Source: a virus. From it: DNA of 64,000 bases. Numbering within the stretch: position 1 is the stretch's first letter; each line of letters opens with the position of its first letter. The stretch lies in the IMG/VR virus record IMGVR_UViG_3300045999_011383; one strand, given 5' to 3'. A model generated the notes under the pieces. The model ran no database searches. It worked only from the letters and a program-made list of their open reading frames with translations, and was not told the origin of the DNA. Position numbers and translations under genes: made by a program. Positions 23,931-33,440 of this stretch are shown in pieces.

Positions 23931-24920
23931 TTAAATTGCATTTTTAATAGCCTGACAAATTCGTTGCATAAGCAATGGGGGAATGGAATTTCCAATTCCC
24001 CTAACATCAACCGCAGACTTACCCGACCATTTATAAGAATCAGGAAAAGATTGTATTCGTGCTAACGCATGGGTGCTTAAACTCTTGCAAGTATCACCAC
24101 AGACAATATCAATTATTTTAGAGCGATTGCCATTGTGTCCATCGTCACCTAACACTGCACGAATAGTCCAACATGGTTCTAATGGTGTTTTGACCTTGGG
24201 TTTGCCACGGTATCCAATTCGTTCTACTAGTACCATTGAGTCGCCATAGGGTGCTACAGCGTCCTTCTGTCGGGGTGTTATCTGTGATTCAGTGAAGTGG
24301 GGAATCAGATCACAAATCGCTTCATGCCACCCAATCCAGTTTTTCCTAAATAGATTAATTTGCCCATTAATTGCTTTTCCATACTCAGGAATAATGCAAG
24401 GAAAGTCAAACCCATCAGATACGGCAATACTTAAAAACCGTTTTCGGGATTGAGGTACACCGTAATCAGCAGCATTGTAAATACCTTTGCCAATCCGATA
24501 TCCTTTGTCTATTAAAAATGCTTCAAAGTCCAGATAAACCTTTGATTTAGAATAACCGGGGACGTTTTCTAAAACTATAAATTCAGGTTCATATAAGCTG
24601 TAAAATTCATGGGTTGCACTCAATATATTAGCACGAACGCTATCTTTATTGGTAGCCACATTAACCACTGAAAAGTCTTGACAAGGTGGTGAAGTTTGGT
24701 GAACTAAAATATCGCCATTCCGGTCTTTTTTGGTGGGAATATTTAAATTCCTGAAGTTAACTTTGGCAATATCTTCTATTAATACATCCCCACAATTAGT
24801 TTGATAAAGTTCTGCTATTCTAGGATCAAACTCAATAGCAGATATTGGTTTTAATAAAGCAGACATTGCACCTATAGTTGAGCCACCGCATCCTGAAAAA
24901 TGAGTAGAGTAATAAATCAT
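23931..24920 (-). CDS. DNA (cytosine-5) methyltransferase
   Basis: Motif I FSGCGG, IV PPCQDFS, VI LENVPG, VIII QSRKRF, X GNSIPP. Confidence 0.9.
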   Translation of the reverse strand: MIYYSTHFSGCGGSTIGAMSALLKPISAIEFDPRIAELYQTNCGDVLIEDIAKVNFRNLNIPTKKDRNGDILVHQTSPPCQDFSVVNVATNKDSVRANILSATHEFYSLYEPEFIVLENVPGYSKSKVYLDFEAFLIDKGYRIGKGIYNAADYGVPQSRKRFLSIAVSDGFDFPCIIPEYGKAINGQINLFRKNWIGWHEAICDLIPHFTESQITPRQKDAVAPYGDSMVLVERIGYRGKPKVKTPLEPCWTIRAVLGDDGHNGNRSKIIDIVCGDTCKSLSTHALARIQSFPDSYKWSGKSAVDVRGIGNSIPPLLMQRICQAIKNAI

Positions 24921-25180
24921 TTATGTTTCACCTGTATTGCACCTTGAATTATCAAAAATCTCCAATCAATATTGTCCCTAATTCTGTTAGAATTACGCTT
25001 ACACATAAACCAACTTTGAGATAATGTTCCACGCCAAAATATTGTATCTAAAATCATAACAAAATACTCTATGCCCAGAAGTTTTAAATAAAACCCACCG
25101 GGCTTTAAGTTAACCACAAAGATGGTTTGTCCACCTTTTTCTATTACAAAACCTATGTCTTTAGTTCTTTGAATTTTCAT
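24917..25180 (-). CDS. hypothetical protein
   Basis: 87-aa ORF with a 4-nt overlap onto the methyltransferase gene. Confidence 0.45.
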   Translation of the reverse strand: MKIQRTKDIGFVIEKGGQTIFVVNLKPGGFYLKLLGIEYFVMILDTIFWRGTLSQSWFMCKRNSNRIRDNIDWRFLIIQGAIQVKHK

Positions 25181-25201
25181 GTTTTTAGATCAATAAGTAA
25201 G

Positions 25202-25447
25202 CTATAAAACATCATAACAAAATAAATTCCACATCCAAGTTTTGCCATTTTTAACAATTTCTTGGGGTCTATCAATTACTGTATCAAAATTTCTGCCACG
25301 ACAGTTTTTATTGCTTCTCCAGGTTTGCACCATTCTTTGTTCCGAACATTCTCTATCCAAGGATTTCATGCGTCCCCAGCAGCCATCAGCATCCTTAAAA
25401 TAGCTACCACAAATACCAAACATTCGCCCATTTTTTAATGTTATCAT
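25202..25447 (-). CDS. hypothetical Cys/Trp-rich protein
   Basis: 81-aa ORF in the same operon orientation. Confidence 0.4.
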   Translation of the reverse strand: MITLKNGRMFGICGSYFKDADGCWGRMKSLDRECSEQRMVQTWRSNKNCRGRNFDTVIDRPQEIVKNGKTWMWNLFCYDVL

Positions 25448-25548
25448 TTTGCCACTGTACTACTATTGTTAAAAACAACAAAACCGCTAGGTGAGCGGTA
25501 ATGTTGCGGCAGTTCTACGACGACCCCTAGACTGTGTCTATTTAGATT

Positions 25549-26712
25549 TTAGCACATACTTAGTTGGGTTTCATTGTTTGCAAGTGAAGCGCAAATATCG
25601 TACATCTCAGCCCATACGTAATCATCTTTTGCAATTGACGACAAAGGCTGTCCTGCGTATTTTGCTTGCATAGATATTTGAAAATATCTAGTTAACATTT
25701 TTTTGATCAAACTTATCTTGGTTTTCTCGCTTACTTGCAATCTGTAGTCCCCTGTTTCAGTTTTTTCTACAAAAACTCTAAAACCAGAAATTATCGGGAA
25801 AACCAAAGATTGCTGAGTTATCACACAGGTAAGTATTTCATGGTTAGGCAACTTGGTATATTTCCTAGCGTCGTTTCCACTTTTTGTAAACCTTGTTCCT
25901 GTAGCACTAGAATGATGCTGTTCTTCTAGCCTTTTGAATATTTTAGACTGAATATCTATAGCGTCGTGAACTAACGAAAAAAGTTTTTTTGGTACTAAGT
26001 CTCGACGTATAGAATTAGCGGCGTGTATTGAAAGCTTTGGATGCTTCTTTTTGCTGGTATTGGACGGAGAATAACTTGGATCTAGTGCCAAAATAAGACT
26101 GCAAATCCTGGCAATTGTACAGCACCCATCAACATTTGTTGTCTGCACTCCAAATTGTCCTTCGTGATAAATAATTCTGTACTTTTCAAGCTGCGGCTTC
26201 ATCCAGTCATAGTCACCGCTATAATTTGCTAAACTCATTTTTGAGACGGCTTTACTGGTATTTAATGCGATCGCCTTTTCTTTTAATTCAATTTCATCAA
26301 AACCTGAATAGATTATGATGTTTACAAAAACTTGAGAAATATCTATCTCTTTAAAATTAGCAGCCACGCAAAAAGCTAATAGCCGATGACCACCATCTAA
26401 CAATCCATCGGAATCTTTAAACGTCAATCTAATCAAACTTGCAGTAATTTTTGAGCAATCAGCAGCAAGATGAAGTGGTGAACTAATAACCGAAACACCC
26501 TTTTTTAAGGACTCAATTATTGACTCGGTAACAGAGTTTTTTGTCGGTCTTCTTACGTTGGCAGTTAGCGGGATTTTCCATAAAAGATGAGATTCGCTTT
26601 TACCGTTAGCTTCAACTAAATCCTTAAGAGTAGTTGATACATGATACTCTTTTCCCTGTTGAACTGGAAATTCATTTAACGACCGGATGTTTAAACTAAT
26701 AGCGTGTGCCAT
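25549..26712 (-). CDS. DGQHR/ParB-nuclease-fold (DndB/DUF262-like) protein
   Basis: 387 aa. SDGLLDGGHRLLAF resembles the DGQHR/DGQQR motif. The assignment is tentative. Confidence 0.45.
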   Translation of the reverse strand: MAHAISLNIRSLNEFPVQQGKEYHVSTTLKDLVEANGKSESHLLWKIPLTANVRRPTKNSVTESIIESLKKGVSVISSPLHLAADCSKITASLIRLTFKDSDGLLDGGHRLLAFCVAANFKEIDISQVFVNIIIYSGFDEIELKEKAIALNTSKAVSKMSLANYSGDYDWMKPQLEKYRIIYHEGQFGVQTTNVDGCCTIARICSLILALDPSYSPSNTSKKKHPKLSIHAANSIRRDLVPKKLFSLVHDAIDIQSKIFKRLEEQHHSSATGTRFTKSGNDARKYTKLPNHEILTCVITQQSLVFPIISGFRVFVEKTETGDYRLQVSEKTKISLIKKMLTRYFQISMQAKYAGQPLSSIAKDDYVWAEMYDICASLANNETQLSMC

Positions 26713-26821
26713 AATTGGATGGTGGTTTAATTGATTTCACATCAATAAAATATTTTATTGATGTGAATTTACTTATAATAATATCATAAATTAATTTATT
26801 TGTTAAAAAAATAAACGGTTT

Positions 26822-26853
26822 TTAAAATACCCACTAATACGCTTTAGTGGGTA
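26822..26853 (-). terminator. terminator hairpin, variant of the ACCCACTAA family
   Basis: TACCCACTAA-6 nt-TTAGTGGGTA stem with a T-run on the minus strand, after the 26867 stop. Confidence 0.5.
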
Positions 26854-26866
26854 CAAAAGATTCAAG

Positions 26867-27493
26867 CTAAATCTTTTTCAGTGCATCCCAAGGGTCAATC
26901 CCGCATTCCATATAGGTCGTTAATCGAGTTTGACAACGTTCTAATTTGTTTAACGTCTCAAAGTCCGTAAAGTCTCGCTGACCGTTCTCTAATCCAATTT
27001 TAGCTTGCATGAAGGAAACAAATCGGGCATATTCCCAAGGTTCTTTAAATCCGTATTGTTGAAGCTGATTAGTCAATGGGCGGAAATCATGCCTGGTGTT
27101 GAATCTTGCAGTCAACCAACGCTGTCTTTCTTCTGCTTCATGCTTGACCCCAAAGGCATCGCAAAACAACTGATAAAGCGACTGGTTCACCAATATCCGG
27201 GTCATGATCTGGGCTTTCTGATTCCCTTTAAAAGCCAACTCAGCAATCAAGTTTCCAAATACTTCTAGTGGAATAGCATTTATACCTTTAGGGTTAAGTG
27301 ATGTCTTGAGTTTGGCGAACTGGAAACTCTTGTCTAGTAAGCTTTTGATGTCTCTTGATGCTTGGTTTTTGTCGAACTGAAAACAGCTACTTAATTGAGG
27401 AACACCTACGTAATATTCCCCACTTTCGGACATTAATCCTTCAAGAGAAAGATTTTTGCCAAACTTGACTTCTGTTATAATTGCAGTTATCAT
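26867..27493 (-). CDS. hypothetical protein
   Basis: 208-aa ORF. I recognised no motif. Confidence 0.5.
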   Translation of the reverse strand: MITAIITEVKFGKNLSLEGLMSESGEYYVGVPQLSSCFQFDKNQASRDIKSLLDKSFQFAKLKTSLNPKGINAIPLEVFGNLIAELAFKGNQKAQIMTRILVNQSLYQLFCDAFGVKHEAEERQRWLTARFNTRHDFRPLTNQLQQYGFKEPWEYARFVSFMQAKIGLENGQRDFTDFETLNKLERCQTRLTTYMECGIDPWDALKKI

Positions 27494-27545
27494 GGTGATA
27501 TATCTTGATATGAAATACCATAAGCAGCGCTGAAACTTTGCTTAT

Positions 27546-27600
27546 GGTATTTTAATTATAACACTTAATCGCAAATATAACTACAGTTGTTGATATAATA
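27546..27600 (+). repeat. 55-bp promoter-containing direct repeat, copy 1
   Basis: GGTATTTTAATTATAACACTTAATCGCAAATATAACTACAGTTGTTGATATAATAA, containing TGATATAAT (extended -10). It matches 29346..29400 at 52 of 55 positions. Confidence 0.7.
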
Positions 27601-27627
27601 AAAGAATATTTTTATTAAGTACAGGGC

Positions 27628-28482
27628 ATGATTAATCAAGTAATTCATGGTGATTGTTTTGAAGTTTTGAAAACTATTCCTGATGGTTCTATTGACGCTG
27701 TAATCACAGATCCGCCTTACATGACAACTGATTTAAACTTTGATAAAACAGGCTTTGATGTTGACTTATTCTTAAAATTATTATTACCAAAACTTAAAAG
27801 TGATGGACAATTAGCTGCATTTGGGAGTATTGAATTACTTGCTAAGTTTAGCGGTATTTATCCTATTAGATGGTCAGGAATGTGGTTAAAACCGAGAGGA
27901 GTGATGAGAACTCATACAGCCAAGAAACCTATGAGCAAAAGCGAACCTTACTGTATATTTGCTCACCCAAAACATAAAGTATCAAACCTTGTTTATAACA
28001 AAATATTATTGCCAGGAGAGCCTTATGAAAAAAAACAAAAAAATACTGGCTATATTAGAGACGGCAAAAATCAAATAGATAGAGCAAATACTTCTGCATG
28101 GACTAAGGACGGGTATATCTCAAAAAACCTGGGTACAAGACAACAAACAGATGTTATTGAATCTCCGTTCAAAGGCTGCATGAAACATCATGAACGAACC
28201 ATTCACCCCACACAAAAGCCTGTAGCACTGATATCTACATTGGTTCAGTGGATAACCAACCCCGGCGATACAGTCCTTGACCCTTTTGCTGGTAGTGGTA
28301 CAACAGCACTAGCCTGTAAAGAACTCAACAGAAACTATATCTGCATTGAGAAGGAACGGGAATATATTGACATTATTCATCAACGCCTAAACACACCCAT
28401 AGCTGAAAGGGGATTAACTGTAGAGGAACAGGTAGAGATTGAGAAAACTAAGTCACCTTATCAACAGTTGTCATTGTTTTAG
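27628..28482 (+). CDS. beta-class N6A/N4C DNA methyltransferase with C-terminal clamp-binding motif
   Basis: DPPY (VITDPPYM) lies before FxGxG (DPFAGSGTT). The C-terminus is YQQLSLF followed by the stop. Confidence 0.85.
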   Translation: MINQVIHGDCFEVLKTIPDGSIDAVITDPPYMTTDLNFDKTGFDVDLFLKLLLPKLKSDGQLAAFGSIELLAKFSGIYPIRWSGMWLKPRGVMRTHTAKKPMSKSEPYCIFAHPKHKVSNLVYNKILLPGEPYEKKQKNTGYIRDGKNQIDRANTSAWTKDGYISKNLGTRQQTDVIESPFKGCMKHHERTIHPTQKPVALISTLVQWITNPGDTVLDPFAGSGTTALACKELNRNYICIEKEREYIDIIHQRLNTPIAERGLTVEEQVEIEKTKSPYQQLSLF

Positions 28483-28515
28483 AAATACCCACTAAAGCGT
28501 GTTAGTGGGTAGTGG
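28483..28515. terminator. terminator hairpin between convergent genes
   Basis: Identical over 33 bp to 18500..18532. Confidence 0.5.
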
Positions 28516-28526
28516 TAATTTACGGA

Positions 28527-29270
28527 CTATTCAAACACTCTATTAACCCTTCTTCCTGATTCAGAGCATATATTACGGCATTGATTAAAACCATTAGCTG
28601 CATTATCATCTATCTTTTCAGATGCGATCGCTTCTGCTAATCCCACAGCCATTAATTCAACCCTGGAAAGTCCATCTCTGAGTTTGGTAATCCCACGACT
28701 TTGCTTGACCTCTTTGGCTGTTCCCCCAAGCAAGGGTTTGTAAATCTCATTGGTGCAGATTGCATATTCGTGGGGTGCAGTAACACCATGTTCTTTCAGT
28801 GTGTCAGTAAATTGCACCCTGGTTTCTAGTCCTTCTATGCGCTGCTGAATCCACTCTTCAGTATGTCCTTGTTTTTGCCATCCCTTTTTAGCACGTTCCC
28901 TACCGCGCTTATATGCTAACTCTGGGTTTACCTCCTCTTCTATGCGCTCTTTAACCCAATCATAAAACTGAGATTTGAGAGAAGGGGACAAATATCCGGC
29001 ATAATCAATGGCCAATTTCCAGTGAGCTAGTGTTTTACCGTTGCGTCCTCTTGTAACTTTAAAAACATCTGATAATCTGATATTATCTTTTAGTCTTTTG
29101 CTGTCAAGGATTTGATTGATTAGCATATCCGTACTGGGAAGTAATCGCCACTTAGCAGGGGTTTGGCTTTCGGGTCTTCCTGCCATTTCCCATAACTTAG
29201 TAAGATTAATAAAATCCTGATCAATTTCTACAGAAATCCCATTGTGGATAAAAGCTGATATATTAGACAT
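28527..29270 (-). CDS. KilA-N domain protein
   Basis: FIHNGISVEIDQDFINLTKLWEMAGRPESQTPAKWRLLPST fits a KilA-N domain. I prefer the ATG at 29270 to the GTG at 29330 used in the ORF track. Confidence 0.55.
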   Translation of the reverse strand: MSNISAFIHNGISVEIDQDFINLTKLWEMAGRPESQTPAKWRLLPSTDMLINQILDSKRLKDNIRLSDVFKVTRGRNGKTLAHWKLAIDYAGYLSPSLKSQFYDWVKERIEEEVNPELAYKRGRERAKKGWQKQGHTEEWIQQRIEGLETRVQFTDTLKEHGVTAPHEYAICTNEIYKPLLGGTAKEVKQSRGITKLRDGLSRVELMAVGLAEAIASEKIDDNAANGFNQCRNICSESGRRVNRVFE

Positions 29271-29345
29271 GATTAGCCTACTTTGTCTAGGTTGGTTGCC
29301 AGTGATATCGCCGTTGGGAATGCTGACCACATTCTTAACGGTGCT

Positions 29346-29400
29346 GGTATTTTAATTATAACACTTAATCGCAAATATGACTACACTTATTGATATAATA
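29346..29400 (+). repeat. 55-bp direct repeat, copy 2
   Basis: Exactly 1800 bp from copy 1. It is followed by a degenerate copy of the methyltransferase 5' end (ATGGGTAATCAAAGG versus ATGATTAATCAAGTA). Confidence 0.7.
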
Positions 29401-29556
29401 ATCATGTACTTTTATTGATAGCCATGGGTAATCAAAGGACTACAATCCAGGCTGATTAATAACTGAAGATTTAGGTGGTTTTATTCCCCAGTAGATGCTT
29501 TTAAATAATTGACAAAAAAATTCTTCTGCATATTGTTAAGTGATTTTTGTGGCTAG

Positions 29557-29946
29557 TCAATCTTCAATAAATGATAGATAAAACTCGCCTGAGAACTTCC
29601 ATCCATCAATCCTGGAATAGGTATTGCCATAGGAAAAGATATCTTTTTTGAATATTTTAATAAAGCATTTACCATGTTTTTCCTCTTGGTAATCTTCAAT
29701 AAAAACACCATTTAAACCAGCAATTGAAGGGCAAAATCTGACATAAGGAGGAGACATGACAACTGCTAGTTTGGGAGTAGTCAGGGGAGGGCTGGCGCAT
29801 TTGTAAGTTATTACTCCATACTCAGCTAATATATTAATAGCTGTCTCACCCCCAATCAGCCCTACATCTTTTGCCTTTTGTAATGCGTAGTCCCAGTCAA
29901 TCAAAACAGCTACATTGGTGTTTTTGAATGGATTTAAAGTTTTCAT
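29557..29946 (-). CDS. hypothetical protein
   Basis: 129-aa ORF. Confidence 0.45.
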   Translation of the reverse strand: MKTLNPFKNTNVAVLIDWDYALQKAKDVGLIGGETAINILAEYGVITYKCASPPLTTPKLAVVMSPPYVRFCPSIAGLNGVFIEDYQEEKHGKCFIKIFKKDIFSYGNTYSRIDGWKFSGEFYLSFIED

Positions 29947-30081
29947 AGTTTTAGTTTTGGGAATGTTGATACCATTCCTGATGTGCGCTGGTTATCATTG
30001 TAGCACACAGATAGAAAATATGGCTAGATTCTGTTACAATAGATTTGGATGACTTGATTTAGTAGTTAGCGGTCAGGGTCG

Positions 30082-30813
30082 TTGGGAACAACTGGGATAT
30101 TCTTGACGACACTGATTTTATTAAGCAGGTTTTTTATGACAAAAGCCACTCAAGGTCAAGCACAAAGCATTTTTTATTCTACCAACACTCATATATTTGT
30201 TGGTAATTCACTGATGGTTGTGTTGACAGTTTTGTTGGTATACTTAATATATTTATGCCACAGTAAAATTATTCCATCGTTGCAATCGTTGGATAATAAA
30301 GCTTTTAGAAAAAATAATAACAGGCCACGATTATCCCCAGCAGAAGAAGCAAAGGTTAAGGGATACATGAGAGAGATAAGAGATTTTACACAATTTAATC
30401 GCGTATCTCTCTATTTCTTGGATTTACCTTATTTATCCGAAGAATCTGTACAAGCGGAATCTTACACTTTGTGGATAGAAGCATCTAAAAGTATTCCTAT
30501 GCGAAAAGATACTAAATTATCTTTTGCTTATATAAGTGAAGAGCTTAATCGTGCAATACCAGCAAGAGTTAAGTACAGATACTACCAGTACGCTAAAAAT
30601 GGCTTGGTGTGTCAGCAATGGTTAACAGATCGCAAAACAGCAAGTTATACATTCTATATAATTCACAAATTCTCGTTTTTGCTATTAGAAAGAACCTCTG
30701 GCAACATTTTGAATAATCTTTTAAGACACAAAGAAAAAGATGATTACCTTAATCTTTGTGAATCTATTGAGTCTATTATTGCTCCCAAACTCAATCCTAT
30801 TGGTAGGCTGTAG
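30082..30813 (+). CDS. TM-anchored protein, paralogue of 9501..10307
   Basis: TTG start (an internal ATG lies at 30136). It has hydrophobic N-terminal spans and a C-terminal domain similar to the 268-aa protein. Confidence 0.5.
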   Translation: MGTTGIFLTTLILLSRFFMTKATQGQAQSIFYSTNTHIFVGNSLMVVLTVLLVYLIYLCHSKIIPSLQSLDNKAFRKNNNRPRLSPAEEAKVKGYMREIRDFTQFNRVSLYFLDLPYLSEESVQAESYTLWIEASKSIPMRKDTKLSFAYISEELNRAIPARVKYRYYQYAKNGLVCQQWLTDRKTASYTFYIIHKFSFLLLERTSGNILNNLLRHKEKDDYLNLCESIESIIAPKLNPIGRL

Positions 30814-30824
30814 TCATCTGATAA

Positions 30825-31118
30825 TCAACACCAATTTCTTTCTCCTGGGCATTTCTTGACGTTTTTACAAGGTAGTTTATAACCTGATATATGCCCAGCC
30901 CATCTACTATTTTCATCTGCCCAAGTGCAACTAATATCAGCATTCAGCAGGTAGTGTGGTCTGATAGTTATACCACACCCTGGGCAACGATTTCCGCCCC
31001 AAGAACTAGCAGCAAGATTGTAGTTATTATTAATTTGTTTTTTAGCGATCGCGTCCAATTCCCTAAGCTGCTTTTTAAGTAAATGGCGATGTCTGCGGGC
31101 TTGTCTTTTTGTTTTCAT
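30825..31118 (-). CDS. basic, Cys-rich small protein
   Basis: The ATG at 31118 overlaps the upstream stop (TAATG). The protein starts MKTKRQARRHRH and has CPGCG and C-terminal Cys residues. Confidence 0.5.
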   Translation of the reverse strand: MKTKRQARRHRHLLKKQLRELDAIAKKQINNNYNLAASSWGGNRCPGCGITIRPHYLLNADISCTWADENSRWAGHISGYKLPCKNVKKCPGERNWC

Positions 31119-31429
31119 TACACATTGCGATCCAATGACATTACACAATTAAAGCTAGTAGTCAATGTTGCTTTAATGGATCTATCCAAAGATTTGAGAT
31201 AAGCATACATCAAGAAACAAGCAGCGTTAAAGTTCATTCTTGACTCACTAGGAATTGAATAAACAATTTGGCCATTAATTGTCACCAAGCCACGGTAAAC
31301 GTCGTTTGAGCCGCAAATCAGAACACAATGGCGTGCTGTTTGCAACGCAAAATTAACTTGATTGCCATCAACCTTAAAATTGTCCTGGGTGCAGACAAAG
31401 TACCTAGACGCTGTTTCTAACAAGTCCAT
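31118..31429 (-). CDS. hypothetical protein
   Basis: 103-aa ORF, translationally coupled to its neighbours. Confidence 0.5.
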   Translation of the reverse strand: MDLLETASRYFVCTQDNFKVDGNQVNFALQTARHCVLICGSNDVYRGLVTINGQIVYSIPSESRMNFNAACFLMYAYLKSLDRSIKATLTTSFNCVMSLDRNV

Positions 31430-31431
31430 GC

Positions 31432-31653
31432 TTATTCCTCTTGCTTAAATGGCTCATCAAACCCCCACTGATGAGCTAAAAGTTTTTCGTAGCTTAATCT
31501 TTGGATCTCGTGATGCCTAAACAGATTAATCAAAACCTGTTGAGTTTGTTCATGGGACATCTGCCTAACCTGTTGCTCAAATGCAACTATCTTAAATTGT
31601 GAAGCAAGTGGTAATTCTTCAAATTGGCTCATAATAAGATCCCAGACATACAT
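31432..31653 (-). CDS. hypothetical protein
   Basis: 73-aa ORF. Confidence 0.45.
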   Translation of the reverse strand: MYVWDLIMSQFEELPLASQFKIVAFEQQVRQMSHEQTQQVLINLFRHHEIQRLSYEKLLAHQWGFDEPFKQEE

Positions 31654-31882
31654 CTAAAACTTCACCCAACACTTCATCAAAAATTTCCTCTACAGTCGCA
31701 CCCTGTTGAAGTTTACAACCCCAATAATCAACGACAGAATCTAAGTCCTGTGGCGACCAAAGATCAAGGGACGCGAGCTTTTTTCTTAACAGATCCTTTT
31801 GCCAATTAAACCAAAAATTATCAATCATATTTAATTCCCAAACTATTAAACATATTATTACAAATTTCTGATAAAATAGCAA
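31619..31882 (-). CDS. hypothetical protein
   Basis: 87-aa ORF. The true start may be the internal Met at 31828 (MIDNFWFNWQ). Confidence 0.4.
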   Translation of the reverse strand: MLFYQKFVIICLIVWELNMIDNFWFNWQKDLLRKKLASLDLWSPQDLDSVVDYWGCKLQQGATVEEIFDEVLGEVLDVCLGSYYEPI

Positions 31883-31905
31883 GTGAATTTTACGCAGGTG
31901 TCATC

Positions 31906-32451
31906 ATGAAATACGTTAATCACATTAATGCAATCTCTAAAGAAATAAGGTTTAAGCCGTTAAATACGATTGAAATAAAGATAATTGAATCATTGTGTTT
32001 AGGCGGAACGTACCTGGAGATAGCTACGGAAATAAACTACGACCACGGGTACATCGGACAATTAGCCCGTCAGATTTACGGATTGATTGGACAAAAACAC
32101 AAGGTAAAAATCAAAAGAGATAACTTTGTAGCTGTATTAGATTCAGTCATGGGAGGGGAATTAGAGGATGATTTCTATGGCTGTCATGGGATTAATCCTA
32201 AAAGTATTTTTAATGCCAATGTTCTTGAATTTAAGCAAAGCGAGATATTAATTAACGTGACTACTTTTTGGAAATTTGACGCTAAAAATGAATGCTTAGT
32301 TTTAAAGACTAAACACCCAATAGTCTTAAAGTTAAGTGACTTAAAAACCAACCCATTTAACACGATTTTAAATGCAACTAGACAAGAGCAAATGTCAGGA
32401 GATGCGCTACTAGAATTGTTTAAAATCTTGGATAATTATTTCGATAAATAA
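31906..32451 (+). CDS. LuxR/GerE-type HTH protein
   Basis: LNTIEIKIIESLCLGGTYLEIATEINYDHGYIGQLARQIYGLIG. Confidence 0.5.
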   Translation: MKYVNHINAISKEIRFKPLNTIEIKIIESLCLGGTYLEIATEINYDHGYIGQLARQIYGLIGQKHKVKIKRDNFVAVLDSVMGGELEDDFYGCHGINPKSIFNANVLEFKQSEILINVTTFWKFDAKNECLVLKTKHPIVLKLSDLKTNPFNTILNATRQEQMSGDALLELFKILDNYFDK

Positions 32452-32506
32452 CCTATTTATTGATAAAATGATAATGTTTTAAAAAACCTACATCACGGCA
32501 TTTACT

Positions 32507-33058
32507 ATGAGGATAAGTGAGCTTCCAATAGAGACACTACAGATTATTTTGAAAGGGAGAACCTGCGATTTGGTTGATAGACTAAATCTCCCAAGACACA
32601 CAATTGATTACATCAGAAGAACAATTAAGAAGGGGATAGCAAGGGTAGATTATTCAAAGCTAGACATAAATGCTACCCCTCAAAAAATAACAAACAAGGT
32701 CATTGAGGCTCGACCTTGGAGCAGAGAATCAGATAATTTTCTGTTAGAAAAATCAGGCTTAAAAGACTTAAAACACATAGCTCATTTTCTGAGAAGAAGC
32801 CTGGAAGACGTAGAGGCGCGGATGCAATACTTAATAAAAATAGAACAGGAAAAGCATCCAATTGAACAAATACTTGCTAATCACCCCAACCTATTGCCAG
32901 GGCAGATTGAACAGGCTCGAAGCATATACAAGTACAGTCCAGCGGGCGTGGCGGAATATTGCAAGGTAGTGAGTGCTTATAAAAGTCGCCGGGCTGAACT
33001 AAATAAAACTTTTTCCAAGGAAAGTTGGGAACAATTACGAAAGAAATTACAAAGGTAG
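32507..33058 (+). CDS. hypothetical protein
   Basis: 183-aa ORF. Confidence 0.5.
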   Translation: MRISELPIETLQIILKGRTCDLVDRLNLPRHTIDYIRRTIKKGIARVDYSKLDINATPQKITNKVIEARPWSRESDNFLLEKSGLKDLKHIAHFLRRSLEDVEARMQYLIKIEQEKHPIEQILANHPNLLPGQIEQARSIYKYSPAGVAEYCKVVSAYKSRRAELNKTFSKESWEQLRKKLQR

Positions 33059-33290
33059 TGACGAGTCAAAAGCCTTATCCTGACTAGGTTTTAGCGGTAG
33101 TGACGGGAAATGCTAACCTACATCCCTATATATAGGATCATTTTCCTTCCTTGGGGTGTTGGTGGGGGGGGGACGGGAATGGGAAGGGATGTGACTCTAA
33201 AAATCCTTTCTTTTACGCAATAAGACCTTAGTTCTCCCGTCACTATCCTTAAAACCCTTACAGAGAAAGACTTTTGACCCGTCACCGCTT
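33054..33290. repeat. about 65-bp imperfect inverted repeat around a G-rich core
   Basis: The arms at 33054..33118 and 33225..33290 each carry two (T)AGTGACG(A/G)G sites 42 bp apart. The core contains GGGGTGTTGGTGGGGGGGGGACGGGAATGGGAAGGG. Confidence 0.55.
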
Positions 33291-33382
33291 CTAACATTTG
33301 ACCTGCCACAGTTGAGTGAAGGATGACTCAAAAATATTTTTAAGCAAGTTTAGTGTATATATAAAATTATTTATTTTCGGTG

Positions 33383-33411
33383 TTGACGGTTGTTTCTTTA
33401 TGCTTTATTAT
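33383..33411 (+). promoter_or_regulatory. sigma70-type promoter
   Basis: TTGACG, 17 nt, TATTAT. It lies 30 nt upstream of the ATG at 33441. Confidence 0.5.
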
Positions 33412-33440
33412 AGAAATACAACGCAACGGGTAAACACAAA

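Noticed and set aside
22169-26712. PAPS-reductase-like (DndC-like) plus DGQHR (DndB-like) proteins as a phosphorothioation (dnd) system.
   Set aside because: No DndA/D/E-like genes are present. The PP-loop protein is only 248 aa and is embedded in the RAMP operon. The two genes are on opposite strands about 3 kb apart.
33118-33309. 63-aa minus-strand ORF containing PPPPTPQG.
   Set aside because: It lies entirely inside the inverted-repeat/G-tract element. The Pro run is the translation of the G-run, and there is no operon context.
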